From Heteronotia binoei (taxonomy: Eukaryota): 64,000 bases of DNA. The notes beneath the pieces are model-generated. The model ran no database searches and had not been told where the DNA came from. It worked only from the letters and a program-made list of their open reading frames with translations. The position numbers and the translations under genes are program-made. Numbering within the stretch: the first letter of the stretch is position 1; each line of letters begins with the position of its first letter. Below are positions 49,776 to 61,974 of the stretch, in pieces. The stretch is taken from assembly GCF_032191835.1 (NCBI RefSeq), contig NC_083227.1:119846001-119910000 (forward strand). The letters are read 5' to 3'.

Positions 49776-51562
49776 GGATCTAAAATACCCAAAAATCATA
49801 TGACTAAACGACTGCAAATTAAAAAGTCTCCTAAATTTTAGAAAATAGGTATGTAGCTAACTGAGGGGGGGGGGCTAAATGGTGCAACATTTACCAGCTG
49901 AGGCCCAACCTGCAACACTCAAAGCTCCAATGGAGTGCTCACGTACAATTGTAATAGAATCAGCACTATGGTAGTCCACCTCCCTGAATATATGGAAAAG
50001 GTGGGTGGTGGGGAAAATGTGATGCAACAGAAGAGAGGGAAAAAAGATGACGCAGAGGTAAACAGCCACACTTGAGAGAGGAAAATTGCATACTAATTAC
50101 TACTTGCTGAATTACTACTGAATTACAATCAGCCTACTTGCACTTCTCAACCCAAAAAGAAGCCAAGTCCATCAGACACATAGCCGATCGATTTCTTCAT
50201 TCAAACTTCTTGGCACTAGAGTATCCAACATTAAAATCCAGAAGGACTCCTTTTTCTTCAAAAGTCAAATCTGTTGTGAAAAGGGCACCTGCAGCTTTTC
50301 TGTGAACCAGAGCTTAAGGTCTTCATCTGTATGTCCCAAGGACATGAAGTGTTTTACATGCGGAGCAGGCAATCTCTGCTGTCTGATGCAGCTTCTGTGT
50401 TCAGATATTCTCATTTTAACCAGCTGTCATTCCTACATTGCATGTGCACTGTATACAATAAATTACCTCTCTAGAGTTACAATTAACAAAAGATTTAATA
50501 ATCTTTAAACACTAATTTTGGCTCCAATTCTTAATATAGAAAATCACTCCCCTTTTCTTCTGTTCAGCTAATGAATAAAATTCTAATCCTAGAGATTTTA
50601 CCTAAAATTGGGGCTGACAATAACCCAATAATGTGGATTACAAAATTGTCTAAGAAGTTGAGAAGATGGCGATTGAATGAAGATTTACTACAGAATAAAG
50701 AAATAGTGACATCTCTAGAAAATGAAACTAAAGCTTTCTTCCAAATAAACGATAAAGAGGATATAGAATTTCAGACGGTCTGGGATGCTTATAAAGCAGT
50801 AATGAGAGGAATATTGATTACATTGAATAACAAAGATAAGAAGGCAAAAGAAAAACAGATGTTGGACATTCAAAATGAAATAAAGAAAAAAGGGGAACTG
50901 AGAAAAAGGCCAGGGAAAAAAAGAAAATTATAAGGGAGATTTCAATATTACAAACGCAAATGAGACATTTGTTAAATAAAGAACTGGAATGGAATCTGAA
51001 AAGATTGCAGCAGAAATCTTTTGAGGGAGCAAACAAACCCAGAAAATATTTGGTCTGGCAACTGAAGAAAAAAAAAAGAAAGTAAAATTATTAATAAAAT
51101 TGTGGTGGATGGAAGAGAGGTGGTAGATCAAGAAGGAATAAAAAGAGAATTATTTAAGTATTACGCCAAGTTATTTAAAGGTGTTAAGGAAAGAAAAGAT
51201 GGATGAGTACTTACAAAAGACAAAAATAGCACCCTTAGCAGAAAATATGCAAAAAGTTTTGAATGATCCAATTGAAAAAAATAGAAATTGAAGCAGCAAT
51301 TAATGCAATGGAAAATGGAAAAGCACCTGGGCCAGATGGATATACAGCTAATTTTTTTAAAACCCTCAAAGAGGAGTTAATCCTGAAACTTCAGAAATTG
51401 ATGAATATGATAAGAAAAAAACGGAAAATACCAAATATGTGGAAGGAAGCTGTCATTTCGTTGATTCCAAAGGAAGATAGAGATGTTACGAACGTAAATA
51501 ATTATAGACCAATTTCATTATTAAATAATGCCTATAAAATATATACAAGAATCTTGGCAGAA

Positions 51563-51903
51563 TGGTTAAGATTAAGTTTTAGAAGAAGATAGAGTATAAA
51601 TATTGGTTCTTGATTAGAACAGAGTACCTTTAAATATTATTATTTTGAATTATTTTCATCAGCGGGAGCCAAGTAACGGGGGGGAGGGTAATTAGAAAGT
51701 AATATAGGGGATGGTGGTGAAAAATGATTAAGGATGTAGAAATAGAAATTGTTACCTTATATTACCAATGTTTATAATTAAGACTGGGGGGAAGGGGGGA
51801 GGGAAAAGGGTAATGTATGGGGAAGGCATTAAGTGATTATTAATATTTTATTAGTATTAGATATAACTGCCATATGTTACCAATAAAAATTGTTTTAACA
51901 CAG
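51563..51903 (+). mobile_element. Short L1 3'UTR copy inserted in the RT of the host L1
   Basis: TSD AAGAATCTTGGCAGAA (51547-51562, 51904-51919). Similar to the host 3'UTR at 54130-54340. Confidence 0.85.
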
Positions 51904-52799
51904 AAGAATCTTGGCAGAACGGTTTAAACAATATTTGATAAATTTTATAAAGGAAGATCAAGCGGGGTTTCTTCCCAAAAGGCAAATAAGAGACAATATC
52001 AGAACTGTTGTAAATATTGTCGAATATTATGAAAGATATCCAGAAAAGAAAGTAGCATTTTTGTTTGCAGACGCAGAGAAAGCATTTGACAATTTAAATT
52101 GGGATTTTATGTTTGCAGTAATGGAGAAAATAGAGCTGGGAGAAAGCTTTATAAGAATGATAAAAGCAATATATACTGAACAACGTGCAAGGCTATGTAT
52201 AAATGCTGATCTTACAGAAGACATGATAATTAGTAAAGGTACAAGACAAAGTTGTCCACTTTCTCCACTGTTGTTTATAATGACTCTTGAAATTACTGAT
52301 GCAAATTCAAGAAGATAAAGAAATAGAAGGATTAAAAGTAAAAGGATTTACTTACAAATACAGAGCATTTGCCGATGATATAATATTTATAAATAAAAAC
52401 CCCATACAAGTTACACCTTTGTTGTTAGCCAAAATACAAGAATATGGGGAGTTGGCGGGACTTTGTATGAATAAAGAAAAATCAAAACTTCTATGTAAAA
52501 ATATGCAAATAAATAAGCAACAAGAATTGCAAAGACTAACAGGCTGTGAAGTTACCTCCAAGGTAAAATATTTGGGTGTGGAGATAACAATGAAGAATAT
52601 TGATTTGTTCAAAAATAATTATGAGAAGCTATGGCGTAAAATGGATGAATATGTTAAAGTGGAATAAACTTAATTTGCCTCTGTTGGGTAGAATAGCCGC
52701 AATCAAAATGAATATTCTACCAAGAATAATGTATTTGTTCAAACTATTCCGATTGTGAAAGACAGTAAATAATTTAATAGATGGCAAAGAAAAATTTCA

Positions 52800-52985
52800 A
52801 AGTTTGTGTGGGCGGGGAAAAAAACAAGAATTAAAATGAAAAAAGAGATGCAAAAGAGAGAGGCGGATTTCAATTACCAGACTTTGTGGGTGGGGAAAAA
52901 AACAAGTTTGTGTGGGCGGGGAAAAAAACAAGAATTAAAATGAAAAAAAAGATGCAAAAGAGAGAGGCGGATTTCAATTACCAGA
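52800..52985 (+). repeat. Internal tandem duplication in L1 ORF2 (85-bp block, 104-bp offset)
   Basis: AAGTTTGTGTGGGCGGGG...TTACCAGACTT at 52800 and 52904, separated by a 19-bp partial copy. Confidence 0.85.
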
Positions 52986-55900
52986 CTTAAAATTATATCA
53001 AGAAGCAGTTTGCTTAGTATGGATAAAAGAATGGATAATGTTGTTAAACAAAAAGCTCTTAGCGTTGGAAGGTCATGGAAATAAATTTGGCTGGCACGCT
53101 TATATATATTATGGGGGGGGAAAGACGGCTTTTTCTCTCACCATTATATAAGAAACAGCTTGCTAAATACATGGATGAAATATAAGAAATATGGAGATGA
53201 GAGAAAATCGTTATGGATAGTGCCAGCAGAAGTGATAAAAATAACAGCTGAGACGGGTGAAGAAAAGTGGTTGTCATATAATCAACTATTAAAAATACAA
53301 AGTGGCAAAATAGAATTGAAAACTGCTGAAGAGCTGAATAATAAATATGATTGGTTTCAAATGCAACAAATAAAGAACTTGGTGGAGAATGACATTAAAA
53401 CTGAAGGAATAAGAAAAGAGCAAACAGAAATGGAAAAAGTTCTGCTTGGAGACAACTAATAATTAATTTCAAAATTATATAGATTACTTTTAAAATGGTC
53501 TACGGAAGATGAAGTAGTGAAATCTCAAATGATTAAGTGGGCAATTAATGTAAACAAAGAAATACAGATGGAAACTTGGGAATATTTGTGGAAGAACTCT
53601 ATGAAGCTTTCGACGTGTCATAGTAGTAAAGAGAACTGTTTTAAAATGATGTCTAGATGGTATATGATTCCTAAGAAATTAGCAAAGATGAATAATAAGA
53701 TGCCATACAGATGTTGGAAATGTAAAAAACATGAAGGTTCTTTCTACCATATGTGGTGGACTTGTGAAAGAGCAAAAAAGATGATTCAACAAGAAATTTC
53801 TAGGATCTTGGGATATGAATTTAAGAAAGTTGCAGAGACTTTTCTGTTGGGATTACAAATGGAAAAATTTCCAAAAGAAGATAAAACTATAATTTGGTAC
53901 TTGCTTTCAGCTGCTAGGACATTATATGCGCAGTTGTGGAAGCAAGAAAAAATACCAGAGAAATGGGATTGGATTGTAAAAGTTATGACATGGAGTGAAA
54001 TGGACAAATTAACAAGAATTTTAAGAGACTATGATTTAGAAGTTTTTAAGAGGGAGTGGGAAAAGTTCAGAAGATATGTAGAAAAAGAGTGGAAAATAAA
54101 AGGACATTGGACAATTTTTGATAATGATTAAGTCTTAGAAAAAAGAAGAATATTAATTTTTGGTTTTATTAGTTAAGGGTACCTTTAAACATTAGTACTT
54201 TAAGTAAATTAAACCGGCAGGGGTCAAGTAATGGGGGGAGGGGTGGGTAGAAAGTAATATATGGGATAGATAAAAGAAGTTATTAATGATGCAAGAAATA
54301 TAATTTGTTACCATATGTTACCAAATAAAATTGTTTTAACAACAAAAGATTTAATAATTTATGGTTGTTGAAGAATTCTGGAATACTTTGGTTTTTCAAT
54401 TATATCTGTCATGCCAGTGTAAGTACCATCATAAGTCAACAGAATGATTATCTTGTCTGGGTTGTTATTGCGAATCTTAGGAGTCAATAAGGATTCCCTT
54501 AGTTTGTTTTTAACTTTATAAAAGGCATATTTGAGAATTCTGAAAGAATATCTTCTATCCTTTAATTGTTCTATAAGGAATTCGGCTTGTCTATAAAAAA
54601 ATCTGTATCATGGCTGCAATTTCTACTAATCCTTAACATCTGAGAAAAAGCTAAATTTCTCTTCAGGTGATAAGGGTGGAAAGTATCACCTGCTAAAAAA
54701 AGAGTTCGCATCCATTAATTTTCTGAAAACATCAGTATGTAATTCAATACCTTCCTTTTTAATCAAAACATCTAAAAAGTTAATCCTAGACCTGTCATAT
54801 AGCATTTCAAATTTAATACTGTGATATATAATGTTAATATACTGCCCAAACTGGATAAGGAGCTCCTCTGAACCTTTCAAAATGATGAACATATCATCCA
54901 AATACCTATTATATGGGATGATTCTGTCCTTATGGATATTATTATCCCTCTGGAGGATGAAGGTGTTTTCTAATCTGTTCATGAACACGTTTGCTTATTC
55001 CGGGGCAACTTTACACTCCATGACTGTACCCAGGAATTGCCAAAAGAATTGTCCTTGAAACTGGAAAAAAATTCTTCATCAAACGTAACTCAGCAAAGTG
55101 GCATAAAAAGACTTCAGATGTCTCAAGTATAGATTCAAGTGCTAGAACAAAATCTGTTTTCAGTCTGGTAATGCATCATCTCTGTTTTATGCAGTTCTGT
55201 TTCAGTATGCTGTGTTCTACTTGCAGTGAATCTTTTTAGTTTATAAATGTAATATGGATGCAGATACAACATGCTATGGGCAGAGCAATCTATGAGATAT
55301 TAACCCAGTTTAGGATCCCTCAGCAAAGTCGCATAAAAAAGACTTCAGATGCCTGAATCTGTCAGATGTCTGATTTATTCAAATACAGGGGGAGATATGA
55401 ATGGTTGAGGATACTTGGGGAACCAACTGGTAGACTCACAACTTTTGTTCAGCTCTTTAAATCCTAGGCTCTTAAAACCCTAGGTGCAGTTCTGTGCATT
55501 TAATCTAGTCTAATCCCAATGAAATCAATACATTTACTGGACTGATTTTGCATAGGATTGTGCTATAAATATACATTGCTCCACTACATATTCTGGAAAT
55601 CTACTCTTTTAATTCAAATGGAAATCTCTAATGTTTTTAATAGGGAAAATATTTTGATTTACCATTGATTTCCATTACCATGTTATTTTTTGCTGAGCTC
55701 CTATCATTTTTAACATGAAATGGAAGTTTCATGTCTTCTGAATTTTTTTTGTTGGGTTAGATTCTATTTTAGCATAGTGCCTGGAGCATAGACCATAGAG
55801 GGCAAAGATACGAGTTTTAGGTGCTGTGTAAAGTCCAACTCAGCATGTATTTCAAATTATTTACATCTGAATAAAAGAAATCAAAGACTAAAAGCTGTGA

Positions 55901-57869
55901 AGAGCTATTTCAATTTTTTTTAAAAAAAAAAATCCTTGGGGGAATGTTGACTCTTTTTTTACTCAGGTGGAATCCTGTTTTTTTTTTTTTCTGACTCACT
56001 GTCATGGCATCTGAACTGAAGATGAGCAAAGCTGTGAATGGTCAAAGGCTACCTAGATTTTAGCTATGCTCTAATGATCAGTAGGCAGAATATCTTCCTT
56101 TGGTTGGGGCGGGGGGGGGGGGACTTTTAACAGATGGCTCAGCCTGAGTAAAGGCTATCAGCAATGACTTTACAGAACAATCTCCAATGTCTATTGCTCC
56201 TTTGAACCAATAGCCAAAAACCTGGTACCCTGTGTTTTATGATTCCCCCCCCCCTCTCTTTTCTATCAAAGCTAATAGAACTGTCATTCATTATGAGAGC
56301 AGCTGCTGTACTGCCAGGCAGACTGAGAGAATTCAACATTTGTTGTATATTTAATCCCTATGATGTCACCATGGGCTTCATTAAAAAGAGGGATTTTGAA
56401 CTAAGGCAAGGAGATAATTGTAAGGTTGATCAGAAATCCCTGTATCTGAAGACAGAAGTATATAGAAGACTAACTACTACTGAGTAGCTCACTCAGCAAC
56501 TATTTTTCTGAAGTTCATTGGAAATGGAACAGTAAAAGCAACCACCAAATGACAAAATACTTGAGCCATAAAAGGTTCTTGTCTTCATTGCAGAACAATG
56601 CATGAATAATAAGACCAGCCCATAGTCCAGTGTATGACAGCTAAGATGGCCTTTGGCTCTGCTTGAAAATGTTTGCCTGCATGTAGCTCTGGTTCTCCAG
56701 GGACAAGAAAAATGTAGTGCCCTGTAAACCCAACAATTGCTGAAGAAAACACACCATAATTTAAATAAAACTAGAGTACAACACAGCCTGTGAGCAAGAA
56801 CCCAGCACCATTTGCAGTCCATCTTTAAAAGCTGGCAGCAGTGCTCACCCAGCCATGCAACTATAATGTTGTCAGTTTATAAAATCAACAGTCAAGGAAG
56901 CCATTGCCATATCACAGACTTTCTGAGACATACAGATTGGATTGCATGGAATGTTCAACATGGTAGTTCTGGGTAAGCTACAGTAGCTTCTCTAATGGCT
57001 CTCTGAGGTGCTTTCTCTAATGGTTGAAAGCAGAATGGGATTCCTTTTGTAGATCAAGTGCAAGGACAACACATCAACACAATAATAGTTTCTGCTGGTT
57101 TGGGGAGTAATTGAGCTTTCTTGAACAGGAAACACACACTATCGTGTGTGCTTCCTGAGCAAGAAGCACAAACAGGAAGTGCACACAATAGTAAATTCAT
57201 TAACTAGAGTCATATTGAAGTAATATCAGTAAATTAATTAATAACCACCAGCACTTTAACAAAATGGCAGGCATCTGCAACAATAATGCCCTTTCAGCTT
57301 ATTGATTCCCTGAGCAATAAAGTAAATCCCTTTAACATTTAGGCAAAAGAGTATTCATTTTGGAAGATCAACAAACAGCAGATTTGTCTCTCAGACTTAA
57401 GGTCATAACTTTGAGGCCCAGCTGGGGGAAGCAAGCATTAAATCAAGGAAGGCTCAACATTTAAACAAATATCATAATGAAAAAAAAATCAGTTTTAAAA
57501 GAGCCCTGTAGTTATGATGATCATTTCAGACCCTAATTCATTCATCAGAGAACTTTGCTACCAATTACACAGACTGCAAAGTTTCTATTGAGATTGCATC
57601 CAATCAGTAACCCATTAATAGGGGCAAAGGTGGAATGTTGCCGATAGTTCTCAAGATGTGTGTGGGGGGGAGGGGTGGGGAGGATCTGCAAGAACTTGTG
57701 GGGAATATCTCATTTTCCCATCCCCCGCTATTTCCTCTTTTCCTTCCTTGAAAGCCCCCTATAGCCCCTTTCCTTTTTATCCTGTTTCCTACTCTCCTTC
57801 CCACCCACCAGCCAACCTGCCCCCATCTTCAGTTTTTCCTTCTTCCCTTCCCCTGGTACCCTCTCCCCA

Positions 57870-58580
57870 GGATAACTGGCCATGTTGTGCAATGCTGGTC
57901 AGGCACTGCACAACAGCTTCTACAGTAGAATGGGGATTTGGACATGAGTCTCTTACATCCTAGTCTGAAACTAACTACTACACCACACTTGTTATCATGG
58001 GGTTACTGCTGTTAAACAATAGCAAGCAGTGCTTTTCTTGGTAAAAAAGCCTAGCAGGAGCTCATTTGTATATTAGGCCACACCGCCTGGCCTGGGAGGA
58101 TGTGGATGCCACATGGTAGGTTGGGCCAGCAGGAGCCCTGGCCGGCCCATGTGGAGCTCCACTCCTGTGGGCTCTAGCAGAAAAAAAGCCCTGGTAGCAA
58201 GCAGCCTGGCCTGAGTGAGTCATTCAAGTCATATGGTAGCAAATTTCCCAGTGGTTGCTGCTGGTCCTGGTCCTTTGAGCCTCCATCGAAGGCCCAAACA
58301 CTGGAAAGGGCCCTGTTCCCTTTGCCTTTTACAAACAGAACCCAAGGCTTGAAGGCTGACAATAATGTTGTAGTTGCCTAACAATGGCCACTATGCATTT
58401 TTTGAAGTTACAATTACCGCTTCTGTCATTTGGGTTTGTTATTTTTAAGGGTTTCAGATTTTTCTGCAAACAGGGGCCTGTTCTCAGGTTTGTAGAAATA
58501 TCTGTATTGTCTGTTCATAGTCCCCATCTCTGAATTTAAGTATCTGCAGATGGAACCATGTTGAGAATTAGATATACTGA
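57870..58580 (+). repeat. Dispersed repeat copy D with antisense SINE head (to 57991)
   Basis: ACCACACTTG|TTATCATGGGGTTACTGCTGTTAAACAATAGCAAGCAG, followed by the shared blocks. Confidence 0.62.
58027..58193. mobile_element. hAT MITE inserted in copy D
   Basis: CAGTGCTTTT...AAAAAAAGCCCTG. TSD ATAGCAAG / GTAGCAAG. Confidence 0.78.
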
Positions 58581-59800
58581 CAGATGGTGATCCATTGGAA
58601 AATTCCTCCACTGGTTGCTGCTTTGTCCTCTGACTTCTGACACTCCCAGTCACCTTTCTCTATCTTTCCCTCAGAATTCTGAACCCTCAACTCAACTGCT
58701 TGGATTACTATTTACAAATTTAAAAATGTTAAAAGCAGCACAAGTCTAGTGTTCTCAGACTATCACTTGTCTTGGATCACTGGGGGGGGGGAGAGAAATG
58801 ACAGGGGGAAAATGTGCTTCTCTGGCAGCTCTCTGAGAAGCCTTTTTGTAACTTGGGGGGGGGGGACCAGCAATGAAAGAGGGGAAATCAAGTATTTGGA
58901 AGGGAATCTGCTCTCTCTCTCTCTCTCTTCTGAACTGTTCTCTCCCACTCCCCAACCCCCTCAATGTTATTAAACCTGGAAGCCTTTTCTTCCCACTTGG
59001 GAAGCCAGGAAGGAGAATAAAACAAGTCTCAAAAGGCCATGGTTCCCAGCAGGCAGCTGCAAAGAGGTTGATGAAGGGAGGGTTAAGTTGCTGTTTAATT
59101 TGCAAGGGGAGAAGAAACATGTGAATGTGTGTCAGTTGGCTCAAGCAATGGAGTTTGTGCTATTGAGGTTGTGGGAGAGGGGAGGGAATTGCACTGCGAT
59201 TCTTGCAGGTGGAAGCTGCAATTCTTCCGATCTTATTTTTAAATGTGCCAAACCAGAATCCAGGCATCTTCATCATGTCTGGGCTGCTGAAGAGCTTGCA
59301 AGCCAGAGTTCTGGACTGAGTATTTCAGCTGAATGCTTTTGCACATGCTCAGTCAGATTCTGAGCCTCCCCAACATACGCACACACCTTTGGAGGGAAAA
59401 TTCCTCCCTCCCCCCATCTCTTGCATTTTTCTTTCTAGGATCCTGCAGAAAGTGAGATGGGCTTCCTTCATGACAGAGAAGCAGTTCTCCACACTTTAAG
59501 CCCACACATTAATTTTATTTTTATTTTAAATAATAGCTATTGTTGTGCTTGCATGAAAGAGGGGGACGGGGCAAAGGGAGGGAGGGAAAGACTGGCAATG
59601 GCAGAGGGGGATGACAGAGTGTGGTGATTCTTTTCCATTTTTAAATGGAAGGGACTTACTTGATGCTATTCCGCAGCTGCAACAGGTCAATTGCATAATT
59701 TCTGTTTATTTCTTAAAAACACTCCTTTGGACACTACCATCCCACACATCACAAATTATGTTCCCACCCCAATTAAGAAAAACCGTGTTTTTTGTTGCAG

Positions 59801-59898
59801 CTGCAGAATAACTATACCAGAGATAAAAAGAATGGTGCACAGAACAGGCACAGAATCTGAAGTCAAGCTTAAACGCTTGACTGCTCGGATTCTCTGCA
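59801..59898 (+). other. Candidate 98-nt exon
   Basis: GTGTTTTTTGTTGCAG acceptor and GCA|GTAAGC donor. One open frame (CRITIPEIKRMVHRTGTESEVKLKRLTARILC), phase-compatible with the 38036 donor. Confidence 0.33.
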
Positions 59899-60273
59899 GT
59901 AAGCGGTGCATGTGTAATAGGCCAGACAGAGGCTTTGTGTAGCTTTAACACTAAAGTTGAGGAGTAAAGAAGAGGATTTAGTGAATTATATTTTATTCAA
60001 TTAAACCCACTTTGGGTTTATAAAAGCCTTTATAGGCCTGGACTAATGTACCATGTACTACTCTGTGTGTCTACTGATGTTCTAAAGTTAAAATTAATGT
60101 ACTAGAACTCACTTGTTACTAGATTCCTGAAAGGACTAGCTACATCTCTTGACTGCCTCTTCATATAATTAAACCCAAGAATGTCCCAAAGGGGAGAGAA
60201 AAAAATCCCTTAGTGCTCACTTACTGGGTATTCTCAAACCAACTATCAATTCAGAGCAGAAGAAAAACACAGA

Positions 60274-60559
60274 GGTTGTTTTCGCACTCACCTTAATCAG
60301 CAGCGACAACCCTCTTCACCGCGCAGGATCTGTGCGGATTTCGCACTAATTGCCGCGGAGCACCCAGAAGAGCCGGAAAGTCCCGGCGCTTTTGCGGCGC
60401 AAACGGAAACTGTTTTTTGGCGGTTTCCGTTTGCGCCGCCAAAGCGCCAGGACTTTCCAGGTCTTCTGGGTGCTCCGCGTCAATTAGTGCGAAATCCGCG
60501 CAGATCCTGCGCAGTGAAGAGGGTCGTCGCTGCTGATTAAGGTGAGTGCGAAAACGACC
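60274..60559. mobile_element. Second full 286-bp Harbinger-like MITE
   Basis: Same length and sequence family as 1584-1869. AGA on both sides. Confidence 0.85.
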
Positions 60560-61534
60560 AGAATGTTGAACTTTGCTTCCTCCTGCTACTGGGCCAGAAC
60601 AGCACATTTGAGCAGTTGGCCAGTGCCTCTGGCAAATTTAACAAATGTCTCCCATCTGGCTGGCAGGTACATAATACATGGATCGTGTTGCACATTACCA
60701 CAGGGTAAACCAAGTTCTTTAGGGATCCCATGGGCCATGTTGCATGCATATTAAAAAAAATAGAAAAAATACAAGCAGGCAGTGCTGCCATGATCAGAAC
60801 CTTGTTTTTGACAAGTTAGTGCCAATGGTCCCTGAACCCTTTAAAGTTCTCAGCCTCAAGCAGAGAAATTAGAAGGAAAGGAGGGAATATATCTTGCTTT
60901 ATGCTTGGAGTTCTCAGCTGCCATCATGCCTTCAGCACATCATAGCAAGAGGTAGAAATGGGAACACTGCACCCTCAGTATTCTACAGGAGGTCTACTGA
61001 AGGCAAGCTGCCTCAGGGATGCAGAAATCCTGGGACTGACACTGCTGATAAAGACTTTGCTTGCAATAGTTTCTGACCTGAAAGTTTGTTTGAAGAGCAT
61101 ATAGCATGTATTAGAGAAGCTAGTGAGTCTAATGCAAGAAGTGCCTTTTCCAGCTACATTTGACACAGAAATTATATCACTTCATGGATCCGATGATGAT
61201 GACGACAACAATGATGACAACAACAAAATTACTGTTCCATCAATCTATCAGTTCTGAACAGCTGCATGATGAGCCACCACAGTTGAAAGGAATTTGGCTA
61301 CAGCCAGAGTGAGTTTTTTTAATCTCTCAGAAGCAATGTCACCCTAGCAGGGGGTGACACAGAGAGCAAACCTTCAAGAGGGACCCTGCATGGATTGACT
61401 GACCTGATTTCAAAAACAGACTATTGTGACTTGCTAAACATTGGGTTGGTGTGGAAGGTGGCATGGCATAGGCTGATCTTAGAAGTTAAGTGCTGTTGGT
61501 ACTTGGACAGAAGACCACCAAGGAAGACTACAGA

Positions 61535-61905
61535 AGAATGCACCTGCCTGGGACTTTAAAATGGGAGATAATGTATATACCTCCACCAAGCACTTACCAA
61601 CCACTCAACAGTCCAGGAAATTTGGCTGGAAGTACTTGGGACCTTTTAAATTAAAATGGGCCATAAACAAAGTGATGGTTGAAATTGAACTGCCTAAAGC
61701 TCTAATAAACCTCCATCCTGTCTTTCATTGCAGTTGGTTGAAGAAAGACCCCGGACCTACACCCTGGTATTCTCCACTAACCGCCGCTCTGCTGATTTTG
61801 ATTGGGGGTCAGACTCACCACTAGATTGAAAATATTCTCAACTCTAAATTTATACTACTTAGTTAAATGGACCCATTTCCCTCTCTCTGAATGTGAATGG
61901 GACCT
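61535..61905 (+). mobile_element. Ty3/Gypsy integrase C-terminus with chromodomain, degenerate
   Basis: GDNVY...KYLGPFKL...LHPVFHCSWLK (GPY/F module), then IENIL...YYLVKWTHFPLSECEW (chromodomain-like). Confidence 0.8.
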
Positions 61906-61974
61906 CTGCTTCTTACTTGCCTTGAAAGCTGCTTCCTGGGGTTGCAACTCGAAGGCACTTTACATACACATATA

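Larger units (their letters stand above)
50503..54340 (+). mobile_element. Degenerate L1 (endonuclease end, RT, CCHC) with 81-bp inverted 5' segment
   Basis: 18-bp TSD AACAAAAGATTTAATAAT (50485-50502, 54341-54358). ORF2 fragments GKAPGPDG, YRPISLLN, DAEKAFD, GTRQSCPLS, AFADD, CWKC. Ends AATAAAATTGTTTTAAC. Confidence 0.92.
50150..55370 (-). mobile_element. Degenerate Penelope-like element (RT plus GIY-YIG) split by an L1 insertion
   Basis: RT at 55170-54690 (KNFFQFQGQFFWQ, AP-E-x-ANVFM, RYLDDMF, FLDVL, TDVFRK). Endonuclease at 50502-50170 (IKSFVNCNSREVIYCIQC...MRISEHRS...ESFWILMLDTLVPRSLNEE). Confidence 0.85.
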
